This document shows, piece by piece, positions 26,051 to 39,530 of a stretch of DNA of 64,000 nucleotides. Made by a program: the position numbers and the translations under genes. The notes under the pieces are model-generated. The model was not told the DNA's origin. It saw nothing but the letters and a program-made list of their open reading frames with translations, and made no database searches. The first letter of the stretch is position 1. Each line of letters begins with the position of its first letter. The DNA comes from Mobula hypostoma (lineage: Eukaryota): the NCBI RefSeq assembly GCF_963921235.1, contig NC_086097.1:124312001-124376000 (forward strand), in the 5' to 3' direction.

Positions 26051-26829
26051 TGACAGTGGCTGCCTTGAGGGTTATAGATAGGGTAAATACAAGCAGGCTT
26101 TTCCTGCTGAGGTTGGGTGAGACTAGAACTAGATCATTAGGTTAAAGGTGGAAGGTGAAATGTTTACAAGAAATATGAAGGGGAACTTCTTCACTGTGAG
26201 GGTGGTGTGAGTGTGGAATGGACTGCCAGTGGAAGTGGCGGATGTGGGTTTGATTTCAACTTTAAGAGAAATTTGAGAAAATACAAGGATGGGAGGAGTA
26301 TGGAGGGCTAAGGTCCAGGTGCAGGTTGATGGGATTAGGCAGAATAACAGTTCGGCACAGACTGGATGGGCCAAGGGGGTCTCTTTCTTTGCTGCAGGGT
26401 TGTATATGACACTAAAACATTTGTATCAGAGATCAGGACAGATGCGATAGGAAATAAGTTGCCTGAATTACTCCAGGATGAGATGATCCATAATACCTCT
26501 ACACACAATGGGAATGAGGCAGCATACACGAGCTTCTTCAGATGCTGGAAATCCAGAGTAACACATACAACGTGCTGGGGGAACTGAGCAGGTTAGGCAG
26601 CACCTATGGACAGGAATGAAGAGTTGATGTTTTCGGCCGAGATCCTTCATCAGGATTCTATTTAAGCAGCAGTTAGAAACAAGGAGTCAGGGAATGAGAT
26701 GTCCAGAGTTGATGAGTTTGGTCAGGCCCTGACACTGAATTAATTTCTGTCTGGGTCACCAGAAAGTAAACCGCAAAGTCTCTCTGACCTGCTGAGTCCT
26801 GTGTTTTGTGTGGATACCATTATGTATGT

Positions 26830-27720
26830 GATAAATATACTTCTTATTGTCACACGAGCAGAGGTACAGTGAAAAACTTTACTGTGCTTGTTGTCCATAC
26901 AGACCATTTCATTACAGCAGTTCATTGAAAACGATAACAGAATGCAGAATAAAAGTTGCAGCTACAGAGAAAGTGCAGTGCAGGCCATAACGAGGTCGAT
27001 TGTCAGGTCAAGTGTCCGTTTTATCTTACTAGAGGAACATTCAATGCTTTTATAGCCCCAGGAGAGAAGCCATCCCCATGCCTGGTAATATGTGCTTTCA
27101 GGCCTTTCTACCTTCTGCCCAATGGGAAGCAGGAGAAGAGAGGACGTCCAGACTGGGCGGGGCCTTTGATCACGTTGGCTCTTTCACCGAGGCTGTGAGA
27201 AGTGCGGACAAAGTCCACAGAGGGGAGGCTGGTTTCTGTGATGTGCTGAGATAGGTCCACAACTCTCTGCAGTTTCTTGTGGTCATGTGCGGAGTAGTTG
27301 GCATTCCAAGCTGTGATGCATCTGGATAGTATGGTTTCTATGGTGCATTCATAAGTATCGGTGATGGTCAAAGGGAATGTGCCAAATTTCATTAGCCCCC
27401 TGAAGAAGTAGAGGCACTGGTGAGCTTTTCTGGTGATGGACAGACTTTTAGAGATGTTCCCTCCTCGGACCTCGAAGCTCTGAGCCCTGTCGACCTTAGC
27501 ACCATTGATATAAACAGGAGTATGTGCCACCTTTCTGAAGTCAATGAGTCAAACCAGCTTTTGTTTTGTGGGCATTGAGGGAAAGGTTGTCATGACACCA
27601 CGTCAGTAGACTCTTTTCTTCCTGTATTCCACCTCATTGTTATTGAGACGCGGCCAACTACAAGGGTATCATCTGCAAAGCGGTAAGTTAAGTTAGAGCA
27701 GAATCTGGCCGTGCAGTCTT
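26830..27720 (-). mobile_element. Degenerate Rex1/Babar-type LINE
   Basis: RKAHQCLYFFRGLMKFG..IETILSRCITAW..KKLQRVV. Confidence 0.75.
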
Positions 27721-27734
27721 GATTGTACAGGGAA

Positions 27735-28315
27735 ACACACACAAAATGCTGGTGGAACTCTGCAGGTCAGGCGGCATCTGTGGAGAGGAATAAACAGTCA
27801 ATGTTTTGGGCTGAGGCCCTTCATCAGGACTGGAAAGGAAGAGGGAAGAAGCCAGAAAAAGAAGATGGGGGTGGGGGAAAGGTGTACAAGCTGGCAGGTG
27901 ATTGGTGAAACCAGGTGAGGGAGAAGGTAAAGTAGGTGGGGGAAGGTGGATATAGTGAGAAGATGGGGATGCTAGGTGGAAAAGATAAAGGGATGAAGAA
28001 GAAGGAATCTGATAGGAGAGGGGAGTGGACTTTGGGAGAAAGGGCGCCAGAGTGAGGTGGTGGGTAGGTGAGGTGAAGTGAAGAGGGTAATCGGAATGGG
28101 GAATGGAAAAAGAGAGAACGAGGAGAGGGAGAAATTACCAGAAGTTAGAGGCGTTGATGTTCATGCCGTCAGATCGGAGGCTACCCACACAGAATATGAG
28201 GTGTTGCTCTTCCAACCTGAGAGTGTCCTCATTGTGGCAGTAGAGGAGGCTATGGACCGACATGTTAGAATGGCAATGGGAAGTGCAATTAAAATGTGTG
28301 GCCACTGGGAAATCA
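27735..28315 (-). mobile_element. Penelope-like element 3' region
   Basis: RLEEQHLIF..GSL..GMNI motif, purine/pyrimidine-skewed UTR and hammerhead-like terminus; related copies at 23550-24050, 44650-45600, 48038-48595 and 62950-64000. Confidence 0.75.
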
Positions 28316-28749
28316 CACCAGTTAAAAGGTATTCTGATCCTGGATATTACATTGGATATTATATCATTGTACCACATTTTGGAAAATTACTTAAAAGGCA
28401 CGAAAGGTTTTATTTACACATAGATTTCACAGTGACTACTTGGTATAACAGCACACTATTCAACTTGCCTATTTGTACAGTTATCCTCATCACTGAGGCT
28501 GTTCTTTGCATTTGCCAGAGCACCCACTTGATGATAACTTTCAGGAACGTAAATTGGCATTAAAGTGGGTCACTTAGATCACATTTCTGAACAACAGTTG
28601 AACCTCTTGACCATGTCTGCATGCTCATATGCATTGAGATGCTGCCGTTATTGGCTGATTAGATATTTGCATTAAGAAGTTGATGTACAAGTGTACCTAA
28701 TAAAGTGGTCACTGAGTGTATTGTTCTACCATTGTACTCTGCTGTAGAA

Positions 28750-29930
28750 CAAGTCATAGAGCACTATGGCACAGAATCAGACCCTTTGGCCCATCTAGTC
28801 CATGCCAAATTGTTGTTCTGCCTAGTCCCATCTGACACATTTAACATAGCCTTCCATATCCCTCCCATCGTTGTACCAATCCAAATTTCTCTTGAATGTT
28901 GAAATGCAACTGACATCCACCACTTCCACGGGCAGTTCAATTGACACTTGCACCACCCTCTGAGTGAAGAAGCTCCCCTCAGATTCCCCTTAAATATTTC
29001 ACCTTTCACCCTTAACCTATGATATCTAATTCTAGTCTCACCTAACCTCAATGGAAAAAGCCTGCTTGCATTAGCCCTATCTATACCCTTCATAATTTTG
29101 TATACCTCTATCAAATGTCCTCCAGTCTCCTGTGCTCCAGGAAGTAAACTAACCTATTCAACCTTTCCCTATAATTCAGGTCCTCAATTCCTGGCAACAT
29201 CCTTGTAAAATTTCTCTGTACTCTTTCAATCTTATTGATATCTGTCTTGTAGGTAGGTGACCAGAACCATACACAATAATCCAAATTTGGCCTCATCAAT
29301 GTCTTCTATAGCTTCAACATAACATCTCAAATCCTATACTTAAGTACTTAAAGATATCTCTCCATTTCTCTGCCACTATTGAAAAAGGCCTTTTTATTTT
29401 ACATTTTTATCTTATCCCTGTTCCACTAGGAGATTCTCTGTTGAGCATCTTGCTTCATTTATAGCCCCTACAAATTTGTTTTTGCCCTCAGTCCATGTTC
29501 TCATTGACACATTGTCTCTCCTTTGTACTCGCTGAAGATGAGAAGAATGAGGGGGAATCTCACTTAAAACCTATTGAATATTGAAAGGCTGGAAAGAGTG
29601 GTTGCGGAGAAGATAGTTCCTAAAGTGGGGGAACTTAGGTCAAGAGGGCACAATCTGGATGTCCCTTTTGAATCTGAGGAGGAATTTCTTTAGCCAGAAA
29701 GTAATGAACCTGTGAAATTCATTGCTGTGGAGTCAAGTCATTGGGTATATTTAAAGCTGAGGTCGATAGGTTCTTGATTATTAAGGGTGTCAACAGTTAA
29801 GGGGAGAAGGCAGGAAAATGGGTTGCGAGGGTTGGGGTTAGGGTTTCGGATAATAAATCAGCCATGATGGAATGGCGGAAAGGACTCGATTTGCCAAATA
29901 GCCTAAGTCTGTTCCTGCATCTTATAGCCT
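28750..29930. mobile_element. CR1 3' fragments (28750-29345 minus; 29525-29930 plus)
   Basis: RPNLDYCVWFWSP..IERVQRNFTRMLPG; IEVYKIMKG..RLFP. Confidence 0.8.
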
Positions 29931-32599
29931 TTCTACTCTTTGATTCTGTACTAATTGACTCCTTATTGTAGCATATTCCAACTTTATTCCTTGCTTTTGT
30001 CCTCCCTCTTAACTATGCTCTGTTTTCTTATGCTCTCACTAATTTCAAATCCATTAAAAAAACACATGTCTCTATATTCCTACCCAACTCTTGTCCCCTG
30101 TCAGCCCTACTTCTTTCTACTTCACCTTCCAAAGTAAGCTCTCCTCCGGGCTATTTATGATGGTGCACTATGACTCATGCTATCTAACCTTGGCTATCCA
30201 GTCACCAGAATATATCTGCAGAGATCAATGTGCTTAACTACACCTCAGCTCGGCGTTTGCTGCACTCATCCCCTACAAATCCCTGTTTCTTTCCAAGTCA
30301 TTTTTATTCATTGGACCCCTATTCACCTCTGCCCTTCTGCCCTTCTTTTCTCCCAGATTATCCCCACCACTGAGCACATCTATAAGCAACATCCATCATT
30401 AGGGACCATGGCCATCCAGGCCTTGCTCTCTTCTCATTCCTGCCATCAGGAAGGAGGTACAGGAGCATAAGGTCCAACACCACCAGGTTCAGGAAAAGTT
30501 GTTACCCTTCAACCATCAGGCTCCTGAACCAGCATTGATAACTTCACTCATCTCAACACTGATTCCACAACCTATGGACTCATTTTCAAGGACTCTACAA
30601 CTCCTGTTCTCAATATTACTTATGTATTTATTTTTTATATATAATTATTTTTTGTTTTTCTCTTTGCATTTACACAGTTCATCATCTTTTGTATATTAGT
30701 TGTATGTCCACCTCTGTGTGTTGTTCTTCATTGATTCTATGGTGTTTCTTTGTATCTACTGTGAATGCCTGCAAGAAAATTTATCTTGGGGTAGCATATA
30801 GCAACATGCAAGAACTTTAATAATAAATTTACTTTGACTTTGACTTTGGTGTTGACTAATTCCACCCCCCTCATAAATCTTTGGTTGAATACCAACAACC
30901 TAGTTTCCTCCTTTGCCTGAGTTATTAGGTAAATCCATAGTTCAACGTTTTATCTAAACCTGCACTTCAGATAAAATGTCACTTCCTTAAAATCACATCA
31001 AAACATCAGCCAAAATTTTGGGTTCAAATTCCACACAGAGCTTTGCCCTTCATTGCCCTGTGATGAGATTGCATTGTGAAGGATTTATATACTCAGTGGC
31101 CACTTTATTAGGTACACCTGCTGGTTAATACAAATATCTAATCAGCCAATCATGTGGCAGCAACTCTGTGCATAAAAGTATGCAGACATGGTCAAGAGGT
31201 TCAGTTGTTGTACCCAAAAGTGACTAGGAAGGTTGTAGCTGCCACTATCTTTATACCTGTCCATTCTATAAAACTGTGGCCCAGCCTCCGCTTCACTCCA
31301 TCATTACTATCAATTCATGGTGTCAACCTTGAGTAACACACACAAAATGCTGGAGCAACTCAGCAGGTCGGGCAGCATCTATGAAGAACAATAAACAGTC
31401 GATGTTTCAGGCCGAGACTCATCAGCTCTGTTTATTCCTCTTCATACAAAATGCCCGACCTGCTGAGTCTCTCTGACATTTTGTGTGTGTTACTCTGCAG
31501 AATCTTGTGTTCATACAACATAGAATCAGTCCCGTCAGCCCACTATGTCCAAGCTGACCATCGTGCACTCACATCAATTACTTACTGAAACGACACTATT
31601 TACCAGCACTTGGTCCATGGCCTTCGTGCAGTATCCTCAAACCTACTCTAAACCTTTGACCCCCTCATCCCCCCCCCCCAGACCACTCACCCTAAACATA
31701 TACCCTCTAGCTTTATATATTTCTGCTACAGGAGAGACTCTCCTTGGTGTGAAGGCAGTACATGATCACGTACACATACTTGATAATAATATTTACTTTC
31801 ACTTTGACTCAGAGGGCTTGGTATCGGACACTGATTAAGAGTGCGATGAGAAGGAACTTTTTCTCTCAGAGGATATGACTCTTGGGCATTCCTTTCTACA
31901 GAAAGCTTGTGCATAGTTAAGGAAATGGAGAATTACAGGGAAAGTGCAAAGATAGCATCACGGTTGTTCCTGTCAATGCTATCGACAACAGACACGTTGA
32001 TCTGAACAATATGTTATTGATGTTGCTTCACTCTCTGACAGTAACCTTCTTCCTTGGTCACATTTGGGTACATTTCAAGCAGAGTTTGATAGCTTCCTGA
32101 TTAGTAAGGGCATCAAACGTTATGGGGAGAAGGCAGAAGAGTGCGATTGAGAGCAATGATAAATCAACCACAATTGAATGGTGGAGCAGACACAATTGGC
32201 TGAATGGCCTAATTCTGCTCCTCTATGGTCTTAGAGCAGAGGAGCTTTTTTTAAAATTAGGTCTCTTGTAATTTTGTAGACATCTAACAGTCTGTTCTCA
32301 GCCTCCTCTGCTCAAAGGGAAACAACCCCAGTCCATCTAATCTCTCTAAGCACACGAGATCCTACAGGTGCTGAAGGTCCAGAATAACACACACAAAATG
32401 CTGGACAAACTCAGCAGATCAGGGAGCATCTGTGGAAAGGAATTACGTGTCAACATTTTGGGCTGAAAGCCCTCATCAGGGCTCAGTGCAGATGACGGAT
32501 GTGGCTGATGTAGACTATGGGGCTATTTAAAAAAAAGCACACTTTCTTAAAAACTTCACACACTTTACACCTTCACAATATGAGCAAATTCGCCCTGAA

Positions 32600-35270
32600 A
32601 TTTAAGAAGGAGAAGCTAAAGTCAGATGTATCAGTATTGCAGTAGAGTAAAAGGAATTATGGAAGTGTGAGAGAGGAGATGGCCAGAATTGATTGGAAAA
32701 GAACACTGGCAGGGATGGCCGCGGAGCAGCGACGACTGGAATTTCTGGAAGCAAATTGGAAGGCCCAAAGAGGAAGAAGTATTCTAAATGCAAGATGACT
32801 CAGTGGTGACTAACAAGAGAAGTCAAAGTCAGCATAAAAGCCAAAGAGAGGGCATATAATAGAGCAAAGAATAGTGGGAAGCTTGAAGATTGGGAGACTT
32901 TTATAAACCAACAGAAGGCAACGAGAAGGTCATTAAGAAGGTAAAGGTGGTGTGACAGAACAGGTTGGCAATGCTAATTCTCCCACTAACCTTACCCCTT
33001 TGCCTGGTTAATCACTCCTCCTTGTCCTGTCCCTGCTTTGGTTTCCCCAGTAGTTCACACACTTTGCCCTCCCGTTCTGAAGTTCTTGGGCGTTCACCAT
33101 TTACACACCCCAGCAGTAAAACAGTCGCCAGCTTGGCTAATCAAAACAATCCCTTCAGTTAGCATGCTCTACTGGTTTATAACCCATAAAATTAAGGATA
33201 CTAGACACAGGGTTTCCAAACAGTTTCATTTATTTTCACTGACACTGTTACAACAGTTTGTAGACAGCAGAACAGTCCCAAATGGTTTGACAGTTGGTGA
33301 ATAGTCATGTTGGAAAGTTAACGACAAAGTATGTGCTGGAGAAAGCCTCTGTATATTTGTACATTTTTATGCATGTTTGTTTTCATTTGACTATTCTCTT
33401 CACAACTTTTGGACCACTTTAGCTCTTTTTTTCATGTGGCACTAAATAAAACCCTTTGCACTAGCATGCTGTTGCAGCTCACTATCTGTTTTTATCAACT
33501 GCTGACCTCGTCAGGCATGTTTACCCACACCTGATAGTGAGGTGTGACAGATGGAATACGAAAGTAAGCTAGCCAATAGTATTAAATTGCATACCAAAAG
33601 TTTCTTCAGATACATAAAGTGTAAAAGAGAGGCGGGAGTGGATATCCGACGGCTGGAGAACAATGCTGGAGAGGCAGTAATGGGGGACAACGAAATAGCG
33701 GATGAATTGAATACATAGTTTGCATCAGTCTTCATTGTGGAAGACACTAGCAGTGTGGTGGAAGTTCTGGGTGTCAGGGTGCGTGAAGTGTGTGAAGTTA
33801 CCATTACCAGAGAGAGGATGCATGGGAAAATGAAAGGTCTGAAGGTGGATTAGTCACCTGTACCAGATGGTATACTCCCCAGAACTCTGAAAGAGGTGGC
33901 TGAAAGGATTGTGGAGGCATTAGTAATGATCTTTCAAGAATCACTAGATTTTGGAATGGTTCCGGAAGACTGGAAAATTGCAAATGCCACTCCACTCTTC
34001 AAGAGAGAGAGAAGCAGAAGATAGGAATCCATAGGCCAGTTAGTCTGATCATATTGGTTGGGAAGACGTTGGAGTGGATTATTAAGGACGAGTTCTCAGG
34101 GTGCTTGGAGGCACCTGATAAACTAGGCCATAGTCAGCATGGTTTCCTCAAGGGGAAATCTTGCCTGACAAATCTGTTGGAATTCTTTAAAGAAGTAACA
34201 AGCAGGAGAATTGGCTGATGTTGTGTACTTGGATTTTCAGAAGGTCCTTGACAAGGTACCATACATGAGGCTGCTTAACAAGCTACGAGCCCCTGGTATT
34301 ACAGGAAAGATTCTCACATGGATAAAGCAGTGGCTGATTGGCAGGAGACAAAGAGTGGGAATAAAGGGAGCCGTTTCTGACTGGCTGCCGGTGCCTAGTG
34401 GTTTTCCACAGGGGTCTGTGTTGGGGCCAATTCTTTTTACGTTATATATTAATGATCTGGCTGATGGAATTGATGGCTTTTTTGCTAAGTTTGTGGATGA
34501 TATGAAGATAGGTGGAGGGGCAGGTAGTTTTGAGGAAGTAGAGAGGCCACAGAAGAACGGGCGAAGAAATGGCAGATGGAATACAGTGTCAGGAAGTGTA
34601 TAGATAGACATGCATTTTGGTAGAAGAAATGAAAGAGTTGACTATTTTCTAAATGAAGAGAAAACACAAAAAAAGTTAGATGCAAAGTGACTTGGGAGTC
34701 CTTGTGCAGGATTCCCTAAAGGTTAATTTGTAGGTTGAGTTTGTGCTGAGGAAGGCAAATGCAATGTTAGCATTCATTTGAAAAGGACTAGAATATAAAA
34801 GCAAGGATATAATGTTGAAACTTTATAAAGCACTGGTCAGGTCTCACTTGGAGTATTGTAAGCAGGTTTGGGCACTCTATCTTAGAAAGGATGTGCTGAA
34901 ACTGGAGAGGCTTCAAGAGAGGTTCACAAAAATGATTCCATGATTGAATGGCTTGTCATTTGAAGAGTGTCCAATGGCTCTGGGATTGTATTTACTAGAA
35001 TTCAAAAGAATGACGGGTGACCTCATTGAGAATGGTGAAAGGCCTTGACAGTGGATGTGGAGAGGATGTTTCCTACGGTGGGAGAGTCTAAGACCAGAGG
35101 GCACAACCTGAGAATAGAGGGGCTTCCGTTTAGAACAGAGATGAGGAGGAATTTCTTTAGCCAGCAGGAGGTGAACCTGTGGAATTCTTTGCCACAGGCA
35201 GCTGTGGAGTCCAAGTTTTTATGTTTAAGGCAGAGGTTGACAGATTCTTGACTGGTTAGAGCATGAGGGG
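32600..35270 (+). mobile_element. Degenerate CR1 ORF2 (RT), interrupted by a solo LTR
   Basis: PEDWKIANATPLFK, QHGFLKGKSCLTNLLEFF, DVVYLDFQK..DKVP, PQGSVLGPILF, KFVDD; 3' end resumes at ~35740-35852. Confidence 0.9.
32951..33549. mobile_element. Solo LTR (599 bp) with imperfect 5-bp TSD
   Basis: TGTGACA...TGACA termini; flanks ggtgg (32946-32950) / gatgg (33550-33554); CR1 sequence is continuous across the insertion. Confidence 0.75.
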
Positions 35271-35740
35271 ATATAATCCTGGTCATATTACGATCAAGGA
35301 ACGTGTTTGTAGCCCGGATATTGAACTTTTTGTTGTTGGACTCTGGCCATATTATTTGCCAAGGGAAATCTCACATGCAATTGTGGTTGTTGTGTACATC
35401 CCCCGCTCTGCCAACACGATGTTGGCGTGTGACATCATTTACGCCGTTGGGCACAGGAGAATATTCAGCCAGAGACTCATTCCACCTGGATGCAGCACTG
35501 AGCGTCATAGGAAGTCATTCCTGCCTGTGGCCATCGAACTTTGCAGCTCCTCCCTTGGAGGGTCAGACACCCTGGGCCAATGGGCTGGTCCTGGACTTAT
35601 TTCCATCTGGAATGGTTTACATATTATTATTTGATTGTTTGTGGTTTTGTATTGCTATGTTTGTACAGTTGGTGCAACTGTAACGAAACCTAATTTCCCT
35701 CGGGATCAATAAAGTATGTCTATCTATCTATCTATCTATA
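35262..35740 (+). mobile_element. Internally deleted Rex1/Babar-type LINE (endonuclease piece fused to 3' end)
   Basis: CSPDIELFVVGLWPYYLPRE..VVVYIP joined to FSQRLIPP..TERHRKSFLPVAI; (tcta)n tail. Confidence 0.8.
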
Positions 35741-37749
35741 TGGGAGAAGGTAGGAGACTGGGGCTGAGAGGAAAATTGGATCGGCCATGATGAAATGGCA
35801 GAACAGACTCGATGGGCCAAATGGCCTAATTCTACTCTTATATCTTATAGTCTTAAATGTTTCTTCCCCCCAGCAGTTAATCTGATCAATCATTCTAGTT
35901 CCCCCCCCCCCCCCATATCTCTCTATCTATTACCCAGTCACTACAAGTACTTTAAACCATTCTTCGTCTACATTGTAGATAAATATCTATGTGTTTATGG
36001 ACATTTTATTCCATATCCATCCGTTATCAACTTGCTTTATTAATATACATTTATATAGTTCTTTATTCTTTATAATTGTTGAATGTTGTTGTTCTTTGTT
36101 GCATGTTGCACCCTGACCAACCCACCACAGCAAATCCCTAATATGTATAAATCTACAGAATATGATGAAGAGAGCTGATCCTTTATCCTTGATATGAAGT
36201 ATTTTGTCCAAATGCCCAGTCCTCACCTAAAAAAGTGTGCCAAATGCCAGGCAGTCACAAGGTAATTGAGGTATACTGTCATGCCTAATTCACACTAATC
36301 ACCAGATGAAGGAGACTACTGTGTAATAACCAAAGTCGTTTTTAAACCAAATTATGTATACATGGGAGTAACACAGAACAGGCTAAAGAATGGTGCGGAG
36401 TTTTTGATTTGTTGTGTCTTTTGATTCTGTGTTTTAACTCGTTTTTTTGTTGCCACTTGCGTGATTTTTTTGCGTGCGGGGGAGGTGGGGTTTGGCATTT
36501 GATGTTTTTCTTTGAACAGGTTGATTCCATGGCTCTTTGTTTTGTGACTGTCTGTGGGGAAGACAAACTTTGGGGCTGTGTACTGCACACATACTTCAAT
36601 AATAAATGTACCTCGAATCTTTGAATCTTAAGTTTTATCATTGAAACTTTTGTCATGAGCACCCTCTCTTGTACCTCTGCAGCTCATTAAGACTGTCAGA
36701 CATAACGCACAAATGGACTTGGTAGATAACACTGTTCTTTTTTTCTTATAACTTCTTTGTATGCTCTCAAAATACTGTGTGAAGCATTGATGCCCTGATA
36801 CCAGGCTTCTTCGCAGATAAGATTGGTACTTTTCCAATCTAATCCGACCCTTGGTCATTAAACTTTCAATACTTAGCCACGCACAATTAAACTCCTGAGT
36901 CATAACCATCCATCTTCCCCCATAACTAATAACATTTTCTGAAGTTAAAATAATGGATACACCTATAAATAATTGATGCAGATTATGGGTTAAGGGTGAA
37001 AGGTGAAATGTCTGAGGGGAATATTAGAGGGAACTTCTTCACTCAGAGGGTGGTGAGACTGTGGAATGAGCTGCCGGCGGAAGTGATGGATGCGGGGTCA
37101 ATTTTAACATTTAAAATGGATGGGAGGGGTATGGAGGACTGTGTTCTGGGTGCAGGTTGATGGGACTATGCAGAATAATAGTTGGGTACAGTCTAGATGA
37201 GCTGAAGGGTCAGTATCTTGCGGTCTAGTGCTTTATAACTATGGCACTAGGTGCTAAGAACATAGAATATTACAACACATTAAGGCCCTTTGGCCCATGA
37301 TGTTGTGCTAACCCTTTAACCCACTCCAAGATCAATCTTACCCTTCCCTTCCAGCCTTCAATTTTTCTACTATCCACATGCCCAAGAGTTTGTTAAATAT
37401 CCTTAATGCATCTTCCTTACCCACCACGCCTGGCAGGATGTTCCACACACCCACCACTCTCTGTGTAAAAAAACTTACCTCTGACATCCCTGCTATTCTT
37501 TTCTCCAATCACCTTAAAATAATGCTCTTCTGTATTCGCGACTTCCGCCCTGGGAGAAGGTCACTGGCTATCCACTCAATGAGTTGTGACGTAATGTATG
37601 CCAGTGTTAGTGACTGACCTAGACAGACAGACATAGAGGGCCAAGTGAATTTGTATACAGGGTGTCATGGTAGCATAGCACTTCGCACAATGCCTGCTAT
37701 CACTGATCAGGGTTCAATCCCCACCGCAGTCTGTAAGGTGCTTGTATGG

Positions 37750-38012
37750 CTGCTACTCTCCTGAGATTTTCACGCACAGCAATCTCTAGGGTTTACAGAG
37801 AATGATGTGAAAAACAAAAGAAAAACATCCAGTGAGCAGCAGTTCTGTGGGCGAAAACACTTTGTTAATGAGAGAGGTCAGAGGAGAATGGGCAGACTGG
37901 TTCAAGCTGACAGGAAGGTGACAGCAACTCAAATAACCACACGTTACAACAGTGATGTGCAGAAGAGCATCTCTGAATGCACAACACATTGAACCTCGAA
38001 GTGGATGGGCTA
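37750..38012 (+). mobile_element. Tc1-derived element fragment
   Basis: Homologous to 45890-46458 (ERGQRRMGRLVQADRK..TQITTRYNS). Confidence 0.75.
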
Positions 38013-38187
38013 CACACAGTATATATGTTACATACAGTACTCTGCAAAGGTCATAGGCACATATATATAGCTCGGGTGCTGAAGGCTTTTGCACAGAACG
38101 GTATTTGTCAAAGTGCAGCGGACAGCAATCTGGCAGGAGCAAAGGGATTGGGGATTGGCGAGTGTGGTGTTCTGGGGGAGGGGTGTT

Positions 38188-38352
38188 GGACAGATGGTAG
38201 TGAAGGAGTGCCGGGGGAGGGGGTGGCACAGGTGGCAGTGAAGGAGTGCCGGGGAGGGGGTGTGGCACAGGTGGCAGTGAAGGAGTGCCGGGGGAGGGGG
38301 TGTGGCACAGGTGGCAGTGAAGGAGTGCCAGGGGAGGGGGTGGCACAGGTGC
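38188..38352. repeat. G-rich 38-40 bp minisatellite, about 4 copies
   Basis: ggcacaggtggcagtgaaggagtgccggggagggggtgt units at 38225, 38264 and 38304, plus a diverged and a partial copy. Confidence 0.9.
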
Positions 38353-38574
38353 AGACATCCTGGCCTTGAGACACAGGCAAGGCCTTCTGATTCTAAACAA
38401 TTGATTTATTGATCATTACAGAATGCCTCTCTGGTGCTTCCCACTCCCTCACCTCTCCATTCCCCTTTTCCCAACCATGATTTCCCTCTCCCTGCTCCCT
38501 TCCCAAACTCAGTCCGCAACAGAGACCCATATCAGAATCAGGTTTATCATCACTCACATATTTTCCTAACCAGA

Positions 38575-39530
38575 AGTCCACAATTCGGAAACAACATCTC
38601 TACCTCACTGAAAATCAGCACTTGCGCACCTCAGGGGTGTGTGCTTAGCCCACTGCTCTACTCTCTCTACACCTATGACTGTGTGGCTAGGCATATCTTA
38701 AATGCCATCTGTAAGTTTGCCGACAATACAACCATTGTTGGCAAGTATTTCAGATGGTGATGAGAGGGCCTACAGGAGTGAGGTACATCAGTTAGCTGAG
38801 TGCTGTCACAGCAACAACCTTGCACTCAATGTCAGTAAGACCAAAGAACTGGTTGTGGATTTCAGAAAGGGTAAGATGAGGAAACACACACCAAGCCTCA
38901 TAGAGGGATCAGGAGTGGAAAGAATGAGCAATTTCAAGCTCCTGGGTGTCAATATCTCTGAGGAATTACCCTGGACCCAACTTATCAATGCAGCTATAGT
39001 GGCTCTATTTCCTTTGGAGTTTGAGAAGCTTTGGTATGTCACCAAATACACTTGAAAATTTCTACGGATATACCATGGAGAGCATTCTAACTGGCTGTAT
39101 CACTGTCTGGTATGGCGGAGCTACTGGGCAAGATCGAAGTAAGCTGCAGAGAGTTCTAAACTTAGCTCTGTCATGAGCACTAGCCTCCGTAGTATCCAAG
39201 ACATGTTCAACAAGCAATGCCTCAAAAAGGCAGCACCCATTATTAAGGACCCCCAAAACCTAAGTCATGCCTTGTTCTTGTTGCTACCATCAGGAAGGAG
39301 GTACAGAAGTGTGAAGGCTCACACTCAGCGATACAGGAACAGCTTCTTCCCCTCTGCCATCCGATCTCCGAATGGACATTGCACCCATGAACACTACCTC
39401 ACTAACTTTTTATTTCTAAAATGATGTAATTCACAGTTTTTTACCTCTATTATTACATATTGCATTGTACTGCTGCTGCAAAGTCAGCAAATTTCATGAT
39501 AAATGCCGGTGATATTAAACCTGATTCTGA
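38575..39530 (+). mobile_element. Rex1/Babar-type LINE RT to 3' end
   Basis: [50 protein letters not shown]. Confidence 0.85.

Noticed and set aside
37786..38400. 204-aa proline-rich ORF
   Set aside because: Read-through of a G-rich minisatellite and a Tc1 fragment.
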